Assembly: GCA_051313645.2 (NCBI GenBank)
Contig: JBNRSN020000004.1
Coordinates: 30,442,001-30,506,000, forward strand
Source of the DNA: Centroscyllium fabricii
Lineage: Eukaryota
DNA length: 64,000 nucleotides
Direction: 5' to 3'
Positions 61,453-64,000 of the stretch are shown piece after piece. The notes under the pieces were generated by a model that saw nothing but the letters and a program-made list of their open reading frames with translations, did no database searches and had not been told where the DNA came from. Numbering within the stretch: the stretch's first letter is position 1; each line of letters begins with the position of its first letter. A program made the translations under genes and the position numbers.

Positions 61453-61880
61453 CTGTGTCGGCTAATGAAGGCAAGTATCCCATATGCCTTTTTAACCACC
61501 TTATCCACCTGTCCTGCTGCCTTCAGGGATCTATGTACATGACACCAAGGTCCCTCTGACTTTTCGAGGGTCTTCCCATTCATTGTGTATTCCCTTGCCT
61601 TGTTAGTCCTTCCAAAATGCATCACCTCACACTTTTCATGGTTAAATTCCATTTGCCACTGTTCTGCCCATCGGACGAACCCATCTATATCGTCCTGCAG
61701 ACTGAGGCTTCCCTCCTCTCACAACATACAAGTAGTATTTAGATGAGCACTTGAAACGCCATAGCATACAAGGCTACGGACCAAGTGCTGGAAAATGGGA
61801 TTAGAATAGACAGGGCTTGATGGCCGGTGCGGACACGATGGGCCGAAGGGCCTCTTCCTGTGCTGTATAACTCTATGACT
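61453..61880. mobile_element. CR1 fragments: antisense RT piece (61453-61718) joined to a sense 3' end (61719-61880)
   Basis: MEFNHEKCEVMHFGR..KKAYGILAFISR on the minus strand; ttagatgagcacttgaaa..ctgtataactctatgact on the plus strand. Confidence 0.75.
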
Positions 61881-62125
61881 CAAAGGGCAAATTTCAAATG
61901 GCAACCCTTATATAGTTGCAAGTTATTAGAAAAAGGATTTAAAAAAGCTTTTGTCCTTCAGTCTTGAACACTATTTGAATAGGCGAAGCCAATTTTCCTC
62001 TTTATTTTACAAATCAGTTGTCCAGCACAACTCATTTTTGTAATAAAAGGATTGTAGCATGAGAGCCAAGTAGTTGTAATGCAAACATTTTCATGGATTC
62101 TCAACCAGATCTGAGCTCCCGCCCT

Positions 62126-62372
62126 ATTTGCACCCGCACGACTAGATTTCAGAACAGCTTCTTCCCCAGGGCTGTCAGCCTCCTGAACTCTAAAAAGAAA
62201 CTCCGGTACCTGCACGCCTGATAATGTACTCTACTCTACTGTATGCATTTTGCATGTAATTTATTTATTTTATTTGCACTACTCTCGGGAGAGTCGAGTC
62301 TTCGTCTCGTTGTATTGTACTAGTACTCTGCAATGACAATAAAACTTGAATTGAATTGAATTGAATTGAATT
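62126..62372 (+). mobile_element. Rex1/Babar LINE short 3' copy
   Basis: Nearly identical to 56000-56240, including the (GAATT)n tail. Confidence 0.88.
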
Positions 62373-63550
62373 TCTGACTCTCTCAACTCTGAATTTCCCT
62401 AGCGGGGAAGAGGTGCGCTCTGTAATTTGGTTTGTACTGAAATTGGTCCAATTTAGGGTATCCCATAATTTCCCTGGTTTAGATTAATTTGGACTTCTGA
62501 CAGTACCACTGTCCATCATCTCAGTAAGTGCTGTGACAGCAGTTGCTTACAAAACTTACTACAGATTTAAGTTATTCAACTCCCAACCTTGCATTCCAAG
62601 AACCAAAAATCAGATTGAATGTGCTAATCCCTACTGCAGGAATGAACAGTCTGCGGATTGCAATGTGGTTAAGGAAAGTGCCTTTCTTTAGGGATGACCA
62701 ATGGTGAGCACCAAGAACTTGCCCAAGGGATAAGTGGAAAATAAAATGACGAGTTGCAACTTCTTATACAAAAAGTGAAATTCTTCAGTAATCGTTATAA
62801 AGCACAAATACTGCAATTACAATTTATAGCATTATGAACTATGCTAAATCCTTCACTAAAGCCACAAATGATTACACACTAAATTTGTACATTTTGAAAA
62901 CAGCTGCAGCCTAACTGGAGCACAAAGAACAGCATGCCTTCCAATTATTTAATATATTCTGTGCAATCTATAACTATGCCGATAACTAAAATACACACTT
63001 TCAAGTGCCATATTAAGTTGATATCTGAATTTACAGAATTGACAGATCTTTACCATACTTTGACAGTGATTTTTGAAGTACTGTACGTATTTATATTTAG
63101 AATGGAAAATAGTGAAGTCCAGAAAATGAATGATAGAATTTCTGGATTAATATGGTGAATTGAGACAGAAAAACACAGGAAAAATAAGGCAATACATCAT
63201 ATATATGATCATGATTGTCCACCTCAGTGGGATGCGTGAGGCCCATTAAACAATGCTGACTCTCACCAGGGGTAGTGGCACTGCAGTTTTCTCAAACTCC
63301 CAGTGCCTCTAAGCATGTGTAATAATATATTGCTCAAGGACCTGTGCACATGCAGCGAGGTTGGATTTGCACTGCTAAGTAGAGAGCTCAGTTTTTGTTC
63401 ACATTTTGATGTTATAATGTGTGTTCTGGACCACTATGGTAGCCCCTGTTGTTATTACTGAGGCATTTCAGTGTCAGAACATCTATTTAAGAGGGCCTCA
63501 CTGAAAATAATACAGCTGTGCTGATTTTGAATTTGTCGAGGCTATGTTCA

Positions 63551-63897
63551 TAGAATCATAGAACCCCTACAGTGCAGATAGAGGCCATTTCGGCCCATCG
63601 AGCCTGCACTGACACATAACCCACCCTATCCCCGTAACCCCACATATTTAATCCCCCTAACACTAAGGGTCAATTTATCATGGCCAATCAACCTAACACT
63701 AAGGGTCAATTTATCATGGCCAATCAACCTAACCCGCACATTTTTGGACTGTGGGAGGAAACCGGAGCACCCGGAGGAAACCCACGCAGACACGGGGAGA
63801 ATGTGCAAACTCCACACCGATAGTCACCCGAGGCCGGATTTGAACCCGGGCCCCTGGCACTGTGAGGCAACAGTGCTAACCACTATGCCACCGTGCT
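63551..63897 (-). mobile_element. HE1-like V-SINE (short tail) with an internal ~37-bp duplication
   Basis: Reverse complement of the HE1 consensus; taacactaagggtcaatttatcatggccaatcaacc occurs twice. Confidence 0.9.
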
Positions 63898-64000
63898 GTG
63901 AATCAATCTCCAAATTTACACCAATACCAGTGTGAATTAGATGCCAAATGATCAGAATAAGAGCAACACTTGACATTTCATTAAAACTATCTATTCACTT

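Noticed and set aside
59851-64000. Further upstream KMT2C exons
   Set aside because: No frame resembling the expected preceding sequence (ELGGKDVEDLFTAVL-like) was found by eye; it probably lies beyond the window.

Overview
Eukaryotic, most likely cartilaginous-fish (shark) genomic DNA, judged from HE1-type V-SINEs, Deu-domain SINEs and abundant CR1 LINEs. The whole window lies inside one minus-strand gene, KMT2C (MLL3). Eleven consecutive coding exons (5,774 nt, about 1,920 codons, from the HMG-box region to the coiled-coil region) can be traced with GT-AG boundaries and matching phases; both gene ends are outside the window. The introns are a nested transposon landscape. They hold many CR1 LINEs, a full-length Gypsy LTR element (225-bp LTRs, 5-bp TSD), a 1.24-kb solo LTR with a 6-bp TSD, Rex1/Babar and L2 fragments, and Penelope-like remnants with minimal hammerhead-ribozyme motifs. 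They also hold tRNA- and 5S-derived SINEs, Tigger-, Harbinger- and hAT-type MITEs, and three minisatellites. Most noteworthy: (1) the Gypsy element has no tRNA primer-binding site; instead the sequence there pairs with its own LTR poly(A) signal, and its RT motif is YLDN; (2) a 5S-headed SINE carries the 3' tail of the co-resident Rex1/Babar LINE; (3) six Tigger-like MITE shells carry different cargo (NRF1/YY1-motif palindromes or a CpG minisatellite); (4) hammerhead motifs lie in the KMT2C pre-mRNA; (5) a homogenised 14-aa tandem repeat sits in a KMT2C exon. Family assignments are by eye; no database search was run.
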